Positions 42,180 through 56,331 are shown, numbered from the stretch's first letter. The stretch is 64,000 nt of DNA from Lytechinus pictus (GCF_037042905.1 NC_087249.1:9054001-9118000); one strand, 5' to 3'. Translations and numbers: made by a program. The notes: a model not told the origin generated them from the sequence alone.

Positions 42180-45100
42180 ATGCTGAGAGAGACGGAGGGA
42201 ACTGGAAAGTGGCATCGTGTCACGTCACACGCCGTACAGTTGGCTTATGTCTGAGCTAGCCTCCCACATTCGTGTTTTGCCATAAAGACGCTTTTCCCCC
42301 CCAGTTCCCACGGCACATCCCAGCTCTTGAAGCATTCAAATTCAAGGCATAGCTGCACATCCATGCTCTGTGTATATCCCCCATCATGAATCCTAGCAAC
42401 CGCAATCACTGTCACTGACCCTACAGTCTTCATAACAGGGTTGGTTCACATATAAAAGAAAACCGCATTTAATTTAAAGATGGTCCAAGCTTGGATCTGA
42501 GCATCCATGAATGTTGTTATTGTTGTTGTTTTACCATATACGGCACGTATCATTCAGCAGTGAATATTTGTGCCATTTTATTGATTGTGTATTCTAATAA
42601 TAGGGTTGTTCGCATCAGAATGATAATCACATTTTCAATACAATCGCAGTAAGTTCACTCTAGTTGTGTCAAGAAAACACATCCATTTCTTATGTGAAAG
42701 GTGTTCACATAGTCTGCACGACAGCATGGGTGATTCACATGTAAAATTCAATCCCATTAACATGCAAGCATTCATGACGACTGCCACTGATACTGCTGTT
42801 TAAAAAAGGGAAATATTGACAAATTAAGGCTCCTCTACTGACTTTTAGTGTTGGTAGTTCTACACTTTTAAATTTAATCAGAATAAGTGAAGCAAAATTT
42901 CACTAATAATCTTTAATCTCTGTTTTGTCTCAGATTACATCTAAGTTTGGATAAAAGTCCCCTCTGCATTCATACTGCTGTACTTTGGCGAAAGAAAGCA
43001 AGTTACAAAAGTATCAATTGTTGTAAATAAGCAATGTGTGTTCGCCATTTAGATAGGCGTCAATGCAATTTAACAGCATATTTTCTTCAATATCTTTCCA
43101 TAGAACGATCATTTCTTCCCCGAATTTTGCTTGAACGTGCAACTTAAAAAGGGTGTTTAAAACACAACAATAACTCAAATTTGACTCGTGTGTCACTTGC
43201 TTCCTTTTGCCAAAGTTGGGCAGCATATTGGTATTAAAGAAAAAAAGATCCTGGAGATGAATAGGCTGAAACCGTTCTTGGAAACATACATTGAACGTTT
43301 CATTTTACAGCACAATGTTGACTTCTTTGTGGCAAAGTGTAACAATACTAATTTTTCAGTCCCACTCATTCCTTTTGGTGTGGGCCAACAACCTTTCTCC
43401 TGTCACCGCCTATATAGGTTACATGGCATTCCCATGTGATTCAGGGTTTCTGATTCTGAAATGTCGAACAAGTGCAAGAAATATTTCAAGGAGCATTTTT
43501 TTTTTACCCTACCCTTCTTGGTTTTGAAAACCTCTTGAGATCGTCAAACTTGGCTGAGAAACGCTCATTTATCTGTAACCTTCATCTCTGGAGCTTGATT
43601 TCATGGCCTCTACTGTTGCTTAGCAGCAACATGAGATGAGAGAAGGAGAGAGGGGCAGAGAGAGAGGGGGAGAGAGAGACAGAAAGAGAGAACAAAAGAA
43701 AGAGAGGGGGAGAAAGACACCCATACACAGAGAAAGAGACCCTTAATTCATGCCAGTATTGTACTATTTGCATACAGTACAATCTTCCTGAGCTTTGGGT
43801 AGATTTTTCATATATTATTCATAACCTAATCCACATTTTATTGGAATTTAATTAGTCGACTCTCGAAAGAATCATATTACACATCAGGGAATCCATAGCA
43901 AATGATACTCCCAGTACAGACACAGGAGGTAGTATTCTGATAAGTTTTAGCCAAGTCTAAAACTAGAATTTTAAATCACACTTCAATGGAATGCTGCCCT
44001 TCATAATATTTCTTCCATATTTATGGCAATTATAATGTATCAATTCATTCAAATTTGTCATATGTTTCGTATTTTCCTATTCTTCCCTTTCCATGACTCG
44101 ATTGATAATTTTAGAATGAAATATTTATGGTAAATGGTATTTTCAATATTTTTTATTTGAAGATGTCATGGCATTGTACCTCTAAAATTCTGTTAGTTTG
44201 AGGGGATTTGGAAGATTTTTGTAGCTTAATGCGTGGGGTTTGGAATTAGGTCTTTAGAGGGTTAAATAACAATTTTGTAAGGTATCCTTTATAATGATTC
44301 CATTTTATAACAATGTGTAATCCATGATGGCATTGATAGGACAGCAGCAAAATGATCCTGCTAATTCCCCATTTTCAAAAAGAAGACTTAGACTGACAAG
44401 ACTGTTATAGAGAGCACCTTATCGCCATAGCAACCAAATTGCCCTAAAGCAAACCCTCCCACTCATGAAAAAGAGCTTATCCACAAGATTGGTTGGTACG
44501 TAAGACGGATGGGCTCGGCCGTTCTAAGACGATTGTGATGATCAATTTCCAGCTGATGAAATTAAACGGCAATCCTTCCATATTTGAATGGGTAATATGG
44601 TACGCTGATGGGAGCTTAAAGTTGAAGAACTCCAAATCTAATTCTGTGGGGCAAATGATAGAATTATAATTTTTCACAGTTAGTGCATGGTTTGCATGTG
44701 TATTATGTATGGCCTAACATTCACTCCACATTCCTTTTAATGAATGGCTATTTAAAGGAAGATGAACTTGGCATTTTACTTTTTAAAAATAAATGTCAAT
44801 TCCAGCCATACTTTGGGAATAAATGACCCTTTTAAAATCATACCAAATACTAATAATGATAATTCATGGATTAATATATTATTATATTTTCATTTAAACC
44901 TAGAAAGTAGTTGCTTTGCAGGATGATAATTTTATTCAGATTTAAATTTTGTTTAAAAAATACAACTTTATAGTATTTAGTTTGTGTAGCAAACTTTGGT
45001 CAATTCAATGACATACACATGAAATGGATCTGCATATATTCTTGAGGTAGTCTTTCTCCTGTTTGAGGGTAATGCATTTGGTTGAACTTTATTAGATTAG

Positions 45101-45221
45101 ATAGCACTTCCTTGATTCTACAATTAAGTTGAAATTAGAGGAGGCACTTTCATTGATTAGCGTTTGATACGTGACTGGATGTTTTGTTTCAGCTAGTAGA
45201 TATTTGATATCAATGTGGCCA

Positions 45222-45447
45222 GGGGGGTGTTTCACAAAGATTTACGTGTGATTTACTTACAAGTCTCGCTTAAATTCCCAGTTGCATGCGGTATAAAAGG
45301 CATCACCGCACTTGTCAAATCATGCTAAGAGGGCGCCCTCTACTGCGTGTTAACAAATAAGATTGCGTGTTACAATTCATGTGTGCATCTGCATTTAAGA
45401 ATGACTCTAAGTCACACTTAACCCTTTGTGAACCCCCCCCCCCCCCC
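45222..45447. mobile_element. MITE, Harbinger-like
   Basis: GGGGGGTGTTTCACAAAG ... CTTTGTGAACCCCCC inverted termini. Confidence 0.6.
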
Positions 45448-45455
45448 GATACATT

Positions 45456-45765
45456 GGCCCGTATTCTGAAGTCGGGTTTAACTTAAACTCGGGTTATAGT
45501 TGTGGTTTAAGAATGGATAGCCAATTGTTACATAAATCACTAACAGTAGAAATATCATATTTCAGCACATTTTGATCTCTAATCATTCACAATTGTCTAG
45601 GAAGTATAAAAAGATGATTGTCTTCACCATGGATGAATCAGGAAAGAGCACAGTAAACATAAGAAACATACAACTTAATAAAAAAATTGACTCTTTTGGC
45701 TTCCCATAAGTTTAGCACAGAGTTAGACCATGGTCTAAGTTAAACCTGACTTCAGAATACGGGCC
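45456..45765 (+). mobile_element. MITE with GGCCCGTATTCTGAAGTC TIRs (Harbinger-like termini)
   Basis: TIR GGCCCGTATTCTGAAGTCGGGTTTAACTTA / TAAGTTAAACCTGACTTCAGAATACGGGCC; a second copy lies at 33611. Confidence 0.85.
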
Positions 45766-45864
45766 TGTGAATATTCAGTATATTATGTTGAGCAAAACTG
45801 CATGTAATGCATGCTTCTTACCCATATGAGTACAAAGTTTCAATGAGATGGTGGACATAACTAA

Positions 45865-46441
45865 AGGGATGGTCCAGGCTGAAAATATTTATATCTTAAT
45901 ACATAGAGTAGAATTCACTGAGCAAAATGCCGAAAATTTCATCAAAATCGGATAACAAATAATATAAAGTTTAAAGTTTAGCAATATTTTGTGAAAACAG
46001 TCGTCATGAATATTCATTAGGTGGGCTGATGATGTCACATCTCCACTTTCCGTTTTCTTATAAATGTTATTACATAAAATCATATTTTTTCATTATTTCA
46101 TACTTGTGCGAATAATATGTCTCCCTTACAATGAAATAAGTTGCAGCAATAAATATCTAATGCACTAAATCAGTTGACAATCCAATTTTTCTAGTTCTTG
46201 GAGGAAAAAATTTGAATAAACCTAATTTCATATAATAAATACAAAAGAACAAGTGGAGATGTGACATCGTCAGCCCACCTAATGAATATTCATGACGACT
46301 GTTTTCACAAAATATTGCCAAACTTTAAAATTCAATAACTTTGTTATTTCTTACCCGATTTTGATGAAATTTTCGGCATTTTGCTCAGTGAATTCTACTC
46401 TATTTATCAAGCTATACATACTTTCAGCCCGGACCATCCCT
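45865..46441. mobile_element. Kolobok-like MITE, family C
   Basis: CTAA|AGGGATGGTCC...GGACCATCCCT|TTGA (degenerate TTAA). ~190-bp TIRs share aaaatttcatcaaaatcgg with family A. Confidence 0.82.
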
Positions 46442-49361
46442 TTGAGAAGTAGAAAGTTTATTGCCATTGATTTTAGAATGCCATCCTATGATAACAAATT
46501 TAGAAAATAAGTTATTTTGTGCTTAATCATTCATGACAAACAACTGACATTAATGTACAACTTGTTTTGTTACTTATAATTAGGATCATGATGCCAAATA
46601 GTAGTTCTCTTTGTACATTTATTTGTAGACATATTTTCTCAGAGTTTTTGCGGATTTGTGACAGACGATCAAATTTTATGTCTACATAATTGATTGAGAA
46701 CTGAAACTTGCATTTTTGACCAATTAAAATCAATGCTGTACAGCTGTCTGTAATGATTTTTAGACACCAAATTCAGGAACTGTTCGCTTTCAGTTAGTAT
46801 GAGAGAAAGCACTTATTACTTCTTGCCTTAACAACGACAATGCCACGAATCGATTAAGCGTAAACAAATTTCCAATTGCGTCGTCATTCACCTAAATTCC
46901 TGCAAGCGTGTGCTCACATAGGCGGACGCGGGATCAACAGGTGGATTGTGTGAGCTGTCGTCGATGTCATCCATTATATGAGTTTCCTATTAGCACCGAT
47001 CGCATAATTATATTTTCGTCTTTTGCTTCCGCGATCGAACACTCCTTGAATTCATTGCGCAAGGCATCGCTCATTCTCACTAAGATATCCTTTAGACATT
47101 GTTCACGCTGCATGAGTGATCGCCCAAGCATGAATGTCGCACAGCAGGAGTGCGTTCGAGTGTAGGAGAAGTACAATAGGCTTTCAAGAGAATATGATCA
47201 TTTGAGAAGGTTGCTAGACCTGTACTTCAGCTCAGCCAAGTGTGATTTTTTTTTCTTCAAGATTTTCTAGTCCATTATTTATTCAAAAGGGGATGAAAGC
47301 TCTTATAAAAATATTCATGTTCTGTTAATATGGCATTGAATAAAAAAGATGTTTGAATAAGCTATTTTTCCCATGTAAAAGAAAAAAACATATTAATGAA
47401 TAGGGGAAATTGAATTGATTGAATCTGTATTTGTAAAACTCAAACTCTGCATGTAATATTTAACCTAAATTTCTTGACCAATTTTTATAAATAAATGAGA
47501 TAAAAACTCCTGCAATATTTTTTTTACATTAAATGTTTTCAAAATAGTTTCTTTTGAAATGCCATACAGGAAAAAAAGTATATGCTATATTTCATATTTT
47601 AAGAATTGTGGGATTTATGGTAAAGAAGGAAGGGTGGTGGGGTGGGGGGGGGGGGGGCGGGGGTGGGAGTCCTCTCCGTACCTAAGTGCTTTATTGACGT
47701 AGAATTGTCTGGGTGGCCAGGATATAAGCTCCGTTGAGCTGCTTGCGAATCACTTTACCGACTAATGGACTCGTTATACAAGTTTAATCAATCTATACTG
47801 GAAGAAAAGCTAGAGAGAGGGAGAGGAGAAATGAGGGAGCTGCGTATGGTGTAAACACCTGATTTATTAGAGCTATGAGAGAGCAAATTGATCGCGTTGC
47901 CATGGCAATGACGTCTTATAGACCTCGTTCATGCGCCCATTTTTATGGAGTGGGTGTTTCTCTGTGTTTTATGTGTGTTTTCTTGCCTTGTCTTGCCGAA
48001 TATCTCCTGTTATTTTCACTTTCTTTCGTTTCCCATCTGTATTTTTAACATCCATATGTTGCAATTTTCAACATTTTTACTGTTAAATTTAAGGCTTCTG
48101 TTTATTGCCCCCTCGTATAATGCTAATTCACATTTGCAATGACTGAACTTCTCATATGTTTAGAATTCATAATATGTACCTTTACGCAAAATTTGATGCT
48201 GAATTCAGTCACGTCCTCGAACAGCTTTTTGCTTGCAAGCCTATGTGTATCCATGCTAGATGCTCCTTTATGATAGCTAATTATTTGCATTTTGTGTTTT
48301 CTACCTAAATTTTTTATGTTTATGTATTTTGCAAACGTTCAAAAGACCAGTTAAACAACCTTCTAGATTCGATGAAGATCTCCCTGAAGCTATCTCTATA
48401 TCGAAACATGATAGTGAGATCGCGTGTGAGGGTTTTTGATATACGATTTACTGATAGGATCAGAAGCCGTAAACCAACAGATGGAAAAGACTCGTACTAA
48501 TGGAGTGTGATCTAATACTGTGTTAAAATATTAAAGATAAGGCCGTTCTGGCTCTAACCAGGGTGATCTAATCTGAGACCACCAAAAATAATGCTCACAC
48601 TGTCCGCTACGATAAGACGAAAGAACTTGGCGATGTAAATCGAGAATCAATAAATTTCTTACGAGGAGTGGAGAAGCGCTGAGGTTGGATGCCTGCCCGA
48701 TTTAAGAGGATGGCAAAGGAAGTATAATTCAATCTTGTCTGATCAAAAAACCTGAAGAGCTTTTATCATCGGGAGTAATCTGGACTCGGTAAGGTACTTT
48801 GGGGAGCGTATATCGCTTAGTCGGCTTCCTCTAGGCAAATCAATTCTTGCTCTTCGTTGATATTCCTGAATGATGGCATTAAGTCGATTCAGACGCTGAA
48901 TTCTAATGAAAATTGTCTCAAGAAACTATTAAGGTCATATTGGTTTCTGCACGATATTAAGTTCAATCATATTGAATGAATTTCTGATCGCGTCAAGCGG
49001 GGGCATCTGCGTCCTTTGGACACATCAAATTTCTAGTCTTTTTTATGATGCATAAATTTGTTGGTGTCATCTGCATGTATGAGCATAATTTCAAAAGGAA
49101 CATGTACATCACAACTTTTGTTAAGAGATATCCATCACATTCAGACAATGATTTGTCAAAGAGAATTCAAAATAAGGAATTTATTTGAAGAAATAAGTTA
49201 ATTATGAAAATACCAAACCGGCAACTTGGGAATCATGTTCAGCCTGACAAACCAGAGACGTTTTGTATAACACAAATTACAACACTGTAGATTGTGATAT
49301 TTTGGTTTAAAAACTTGATTCCAAATGGGATTCCAGCAGAAAGTACATTATGCAATCACTA

Positions 49362-49481
49362 CCAGTCACAATTCTTTGACTGGCTACTACCTGTTTCAGC
49401 CAGAGAACAATAGATTCAGTTGACCGAATCTATTGTTCTTGGGTTGAAACAGGTAAAAGTGATTCAAAGAATGGTGACTGG
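49362..49481. mobile_element. 120-bp palindromic MITE flanked by TA (Tc1/mariner-like)
   Basis: TA|CCAGTCACAATTCTTTGA...TCAAAGAATGGTGACTGG|TA; almost entirely self-complementary. Confidence 0.65.
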
Positions 49482-50886
49482 TACTGTACATGATGATTCT
49501 AATGTAAAGTACGATTTAAAAAATATATATACAACGGTAACTCTTGGTAGTGTGAACACATGTTTGATTTGAGAAGAAAGTGAAGGGGAAAAAAACAGGA
49601 AAAGAAGGGGTATACGCACAGGAATAGATCATTAGCTAACCAACTTAGACCATGTTTGTTTCAAGATGTAATCTCCTATGTGAAGGAAAATGTTGATTTA
49701 TTCCGTGTGACATTCACGATCAGCCCCCATTCCTTCCTCTTGCGTTTAGCAAATCATCCTTTCATCTAGATACCAAGTTTACGTGATGTGACCTATTTCC
49801 CTAAAAACAGGCAAATATTTATTCAGGTTTAATACCCCCCCACACACACACTCACTCAATACACACATTTGAAAGGTTTCATATTTTGGAAGTTATGTTT
49901 TGGGGAGAGGGGCAGGGCAGAGTTTGCATAATATAAAATAGGATATAATTTTATACCAAATAATGGACTTGAGTAAGAAATCTTGCTTTGTGATGTTATA
50001 GACTAAGAAATTCATCCATTTATGATATTTAATCCATCCCCTCCATAATAAATTTTGAATATAAATCAAAATAGGATAAATTTTCTTTACACATTCTGTA
50101 GATTAAATATTTATCCTATTTGAAATACTAAGAGTTTTAACTGTGGAAATGGTCATTGTAACCTTTTTAAAACTTGTTCTTTCTATAATTATACCTAAAA
50201 TTATCCTTAAAATTCAAACATTAAATACTATTTTAAGTTTTGTTCATCTTCTCAGGGTGCCTGTCACTAGTTCAGTGATAAATCTGTATACCCTAAAACA
50301 GCTATGCATGGAGGATGTCAAATAAGAATGCATTTTTCACTAAATGAATTTTGCGAATTTACATTAAAAAATATATTGGTCTGGCACTCGATCAAGATGA
50401 AACATTGTTTCTTTTCTTTTTGAGGTTCATGGGCTGAAAATTCAGGACACAATCTCTTTCGGTAGCCTTAATTCAGATATCCAACAACAGATTTTTTAAG
50501 ATACATGTTCAAAGGGTCCTGTTTAAAAAAAACATGATAACTTTATATACTTAGAGATATTTTTTGTTTAAAATTTTCACAAAGAATCACTGGCTGAAAA
50601 AAAAAAAGATTTGGCAGCCACCACACTTTTATAAGATTGGATTATAAATTCATATTATTAACGCTTTATACCTTGTTCCAACCGTTGTGCATCAGTTACG
50701 ATTGGCTTTTAGGAGCTGATTGGGATTTTTTTTTGAGCAGTCCCAAAATGTGCTCTACAATGAAAATGATTGCCACGTCTAACCTCAAGTTCTGATAAGA
50801 TCTCACACGATCGCTACGATTACAACATGATTTAGACCACGGTTTATAATATGGTGCGAATCATGACTGTGGGAACTTGGTATTAC

Positions 50887-51728
50887 CATGGACCTATTAC
50901 GAATGGACATTCAACGAGAGCATTTTATGACCACCACCTGTTTCCAGCTGTCAAAATTGCTGTCTAACCCTTAACTTTCTCTTTACGCGGTTTTTACAAC
51001 GACCACCCGGGGTGATTGTTTACACAAGCTCCTTTCGCCCGATGATCGTCACCGATCGATCACTGGCCCTCTTTCGACCAAAGACGGTCATGTTGTAGCC
51101 CCGATTGCCAATAGGGAAAGTCCTTACATTACCTAGAATGCAATGCGCAATTCATATCCGGTTTTTCAGTACATTATTTTAGGCTCTCTATAATGTGCGA
51201 TTGTCGTCTGTCCATCAAAAAAAATCCCGTTAAATTTCATCAATCCTGTGGAATTTTATGCCCAAATGAAAATCAACTTCTGACCGAAGGTAAGCGCTAC
51301 TATCGACATCGATACTGTCCGAAAAAGCTGAGATTTTAACGTTTTTCCGCAGATTTTTTCGTCGAATTTCAACTGCTTTTTTGCCGTAGATATACGGATC
51401 TGCAAGGTGATGTCAATGCATTTCATTTCCGGTTGTTAGCGATGTACGTAAAAAATACGTTTATGCACGCCTGTTTTCTTGTTTCTGCTATCATTTTCAT
51501 AGCGCTAACGTTCGCTGCTGTGCGTTGCTTTTGATAAAGTGAACGAACAACATCGCAATGGGTAGGAGCAGCGTACAATTGATTTCCGCTGTCAATCAGT
51601 GAGAGCATGTTTTACGACCGGCTTGATGGGTGTCAGCTGCCAGCGCTCTGTTTATAAAAGGATTAGCGGCGACGGTCTCTGTGTCAAAGGAGTGGATTCG
51701 TTGAATGTCCATTCGTAATAGGTCCATG
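50887..51728. mobile_element. Non-autonomous P-element-like DNA transposon (842 bp)
   Basis: Perfect 31-bp TIR CATGGACCTATTACGAATGGACATTCAACGA and a 7-bp TSD GTATTAC on both sides. Confidence 0.85.
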
Positions 51729-53698
51729 GTATTACCAAACATGATTTAACTCTCCTAGAGAATACTGACTTGAACTTTTCCTGTCTGGCTTTTCTATTTA
51801 CCTGTCAATTCCGGCATTCTCTTCCACAAGTTTACACAATCTGTATCTACTTCACGGCTTTTCGTTTCTCATTGCTTCTGCTTTCGTGCGTCCTGTGGTG
51901 TAGCTTAATTACAAGGTGTTGAGGAACAGAGTGGATCTGCCTCGGAGGGAAATGATCGCTGTTATTAAAGGGGTTGGGTTTTTTTTTTGGCGGGGGAGGG
52001 GTTATATGTTGTCCTGTGTAATAATGTGTCGAGGAATATACATAGATACATGTAGGAATGAAATGTTATGTAATGTTTGTGAATGCATGTATGTGATGAT
52101 ATTGTGAAATGTCCAGATTCATTCGAACGAGTGACTGGCGGGGAAAAAGTCTCGCATTTTGGAAGGAAAAGAGAAGGAAAGATGTGGGTAGGAAGAGGAG
52201 GAGGAGAAGGGGAGAGGGAGAAATAGAGATGTAGAGACAGAATGAAAGAAAGAGGGGGGGTGGTGAGGTTTATCAGAAGTACACGTGATTAACCAAGAGG
52301 ACCCAAAACTATATTGTTATTAAAAGGAAGTAAAAGCTCTGCTATGATATGGATTTATTAAGCTAAATTGTGTTTAACAGAACTGTACAAAGGTTGAAAA
52401 TGCAATTACCTTAATAATTGAATAGATCTTATTACTTTATGGATTTTTAGGGGAAAAAATGATTATAAAGTGGATTGTTTGAATTTCAAGCGAAAACTGT
52501 CCTAGTTTCTATGTAGGTCATTGTTGCACCCAAATCTCTTTTACACAGAAACCCTTAAACACATCTAGTAAAACTTGACACAAAAATATCCCTTAGGATA
52601 ATCAAAATTCCCAGAAACGATCCATTTCCATGGCATCACCGCGTTCCAATTATGTTGGAGTCGATTGCTCGCTTTCAGGAGCGATTCCCTTTAACATCAT
52701 ACCGCCTTCTCATCTTCAAAGGTTAATATATGTGTCTATTCCCCTCACCACGATGACAACTTCTTCACAACCATCCCTATAAATAACTCCTATTGTGGCT
52801 GTGCAGCAATATAACATCTAATGCTTCATGAGAGGAATATTTTCCCCGAGCTTGGTGCTGGCTTTTGTGCAAGCCTTATGTTTCTTTGTTCTATGTCTTA
52901 GTTCCTTTTTTTTTACATTCATAACGTATGTAACTCTTATTTTTAGAGTGATCTTTTATGTAATATTTTTCTTAGAATACAGATTAATGGTGAAGATAAG
53001 GTTACCGTACATTGTTTTTAGAGAGTGGCAGATAAACTGCCTTTTTATTACTGGTATTTTTTCATATTTTAGGTAAAAATCTCTCATGACTCATTGTGCA
53101 GTCAAAGGATTTTTTTTTTGGGCATGATTGGATACTCTTGTTGTTTTTAATTTCAGTTGATTTACATGTATTTTGTATGGGAAAGAGAAGATTACTTTGT
53201 TTTCATATAAATTTCTGCCCTTTCACACGGTAAAAAAAAATTCGTAATTTGAATGATTCCAGTGAGAATAAGGCTAATGAAGAATATTTAGCACGTGTGA
53301 AACCAAACTAGATTATGATTAGAATCACAAACACTAATCACAGTCACGATTACAATAGCAATCATCATTACAATGATGATTCAAGATTCACGTGTGAAAA
53401 GGCCCTTTGAATATCCTAATCCAAATTTATGGCTCCTACCACAGTTGCCCCTTTCTTGATTATTATAAAATTGAAGGGGAGAAAAGCCACTGCAGAAAAT
53501 GTCTTTGTTACATTTTGCTCATAAATGCTGTTCAGGAATAACAGAAAATGAAAATATATCAGTTTACCTTCTCCCAACCCCCCCCCCCCCCCCACCAATC
53601 AAAATGCTCCATACATATTACACTTCTTATTGCTCTCTGTGACAATTTTGTTAATAAATTTGTTCTCTGTTTCTTTTTATTTTGTGTTTTTTCTGCAG

Positions 53699-53807
53699 AC
53701 ATCTACTTTGAAATGAAACCCAGCGTCCAAACGGAGAATGTCAGATGCAGCTGCAAGAGGCCCTACAACTCAGAAGAGAAAGGATGTGGCGAAGATTGCC
53801 TCAACAG
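53699..53807 (+). CDS. ASH1L: ASH1L AWS domain exon 1 (NIYFEMKPSVQTENVRCSCKRPYNSEEKGCGEDCLNR)
   Basis: Acceptor ttctgcAG, donor AG|GTCAGT. CxC...GC..DCLNR AWS signature. Confidence 0.96.
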
Positions 53808-53943
53808 GTCAGTAAGACATTTTATTTGAATGAAAGGAAGAAATCAATCAGAGACAAATGTTTGATTTTGTTTGTCTGTCTGCTAAAAAGGGGAATTCAA
53901 GGCCTCATATCACAAGGGTTAGCGCTTGATCCTTGGCAAACTT

Positions 53944-54216
53944 GGGGGCGTAGTGGTCAAGTGGTTGAGACTCTTGTCTTTCCAACTGAGGGACGTGGGT
54001 TCGATTCCCAACCATGGCGTGTTTTCCTTCCGCAAGAAATTTACCCACATTGTGCTGCACTCAACCCAGGTGAAGTAAATGGGCACCGGCAGGAAGTAAT
54101 TAGCTGTAAGCACCAGAATCGGTAGACTCTTTTAGCTGGGGCAATATGGGAGCGCCTTGAGCACTTAACAAGGTGGATACGTGCACTAAATAAATCCTAT
54201 ATTATTATTATTATTA
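53944..54216 (+). mobile_element. tRNA-derived SINE
   Basis: A box TGGTCAAGTGG, B box GGTTCGATTCC, core ccacattgtgctgcactcaacccaggtg, (TTA)n tail. Confidence 0.88.
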
Positions 54217-56331
54217 TAACTTTTATGCATGATTATATTAATCATCATGTGCAATATTGCCTACAAATCAACAGCGAGATCTGGCTCAAGATCTGGCCCA
54301 CAGGAAATTTAGCTGGCAATGTTTATGACTGTTTCACAAAATGTCTTGTGTGTAGGAGGGTTTGAGCATACTAGGCAAGTGCAGCATTTTGTTGAAATCT
54401 TTTACTCAATGATTTTAATTACTAATAAGATTTCGAATTTGAAAAGTAATGTTAGTCCCTGGAAGGCTTGTAAGTGATTAAGCAACCAGGGGACAAACAG
54501 ATCTCCATCCTTTCTGAGGGAAGAAGCCATTGAAGCAGTAATTGTAATCAAAATACAGCCTTGCCTTGGGTTGCATACTGCAACCTTTTTTTTTAATCTG
54601 TCATTCAGAAATTCTTTCTCTCTTCATAGAATTCTCTGTCATATGATTCATGAATGTGTGCATTGTAATGTTGCAATGAATCTTAGTATGACAGCTGCAT
54701 TTAGTTTCATGAGGATGATTCAATTTTCCAGAATTCCTCTGCATATGAAAGTATGGAAGTATTCCCCGAAGTAAATCACACTTTATTTCGCTTTGCTAAT
54801 CCCATGGCTTTGAATGAGATCATTTTAGCTCCCAAATGTTGGGTGAGAGGGGGTGTACAATTACCCATGGGATATTAATTTTCTTCCACGGAATATATTT
54901 CATCCCGAATCAAGGCATGTCTGGGGAAGTAATTAAACTATTTTGATCAGGGATCTGTTAGACAGGGGGGGGGGGGGGGGCTTTGTGGGAGCTTTGTCTG
55001 GGTCTAATGGACGGGGTTGATATACAGGAGAAATTTGTTGATAGTGACTCATGAATGAATCAAAGGAGAGAATGAGTAAGTGCGGGTCTTACTCATTCTC
55101 TAACTGCTCATCTTAATTTAGCTATGAGATCATTGCTTTAATCTGATAGGGGTTTGGAGAGGGAGGCTCTCTGTCATGGCGTACTTCTGGCCTGGGCTCT
55201 GTTGAATTAACCCCCATCACCCTTTGCGTGATTAGGAGGCAGTTCAGACGAGTGGATGTCGACGCATAAACGTGTAGAGAACAAAAAAAGTCATCTCACT
55301 TTCGAAAGATGCGTGCATATACTCTGTGTAGCTATGTGTAGGAAAATTATTACATCAAGGAAGTATATGAACCGTTAAATAGCATTTTGGACAGACAACC
55401 AACTTCTCATGATGTGGGTGGGGGAATGAGGGGTCGAGGGTAATTCACCTACAATCTGTTTATGATTAGCTCTCATAAGTTACAAAAGATGCCATATATA
55501 TATTGAATATATATATGGCATCTTTCATTTAAATTTTCATTTAGGTCCAATTAAGTCTTTCATAAATGTTTTTTAAGGTCCAATACAAAAGTGTGAATTT
55601 GAACAGAAATCTGAAAATATGCTCTGTAGAGATGTTTTTTTTCTTCCTTTCACTGAGTATCACATTTTAAAAGAGATTTTAGATTAAATACTTTAATGAT
55701 CTTGGCTTTAGACTAGTTCTACATAATTGTGATCCTTGTATTGAATGGTTCTTTGTTGTAAAACATTCAGGCTTGTGGCTACTTGATTCATAATATCTTG
55801 ATTTGAATTCAATTAGAGTCATTTTGTATTACTATACAATGATTTTTGATAGTGTGAACAGTGGTTCCCCTGAATCAACCCTGTACATGTACTTGGTATG
55901 TAATGAATAGTGAGGATACGCTCACTGTATCTCTTTACCTGTTCGGACAAGGGGGTAATTGTGAAAACTTTACATGCAAGACAAATTAAGGAATGTTGGA
56001 ATCATTGTGCAAAATGTGACAGTCTGAATGGGGAGGGGAAGCAAGCTTTATTATGGGGGGGGGGGGAGACCAAGCATTCATTCACAAGTATTGCTACGTC
56101 TAGATTGTCTGCCTATGTATTCATGTGTTCAGCAGAGCAATGATTATTCCAGGGTAGCGTGAAATGTGCCTGGTTTGTGTGTGCTATCAATCGTTTGAGC
56201 TCTGGTGTACTTTGTTGTACACGTCCCTTGGAATTTCTAGTTACTTTCCAATTCGTTTGTTTTCAGTTTGTATATGTTTAGAGGGTTTCCATTTTCTATT
56301 TCTCGTTTTAACTATTTTTGTTTCCTAATCA

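Noticed and set aside
46908..47176. Short ORFs in a CpG-richer patch (similar patches near 27960-28300, 35740-36050 and 48400-49030)
   Set aside because: No recognisable protein motif, splice frame or terminal repeats. They could be old repeats or conserved non-coding elements, which needs a database search.
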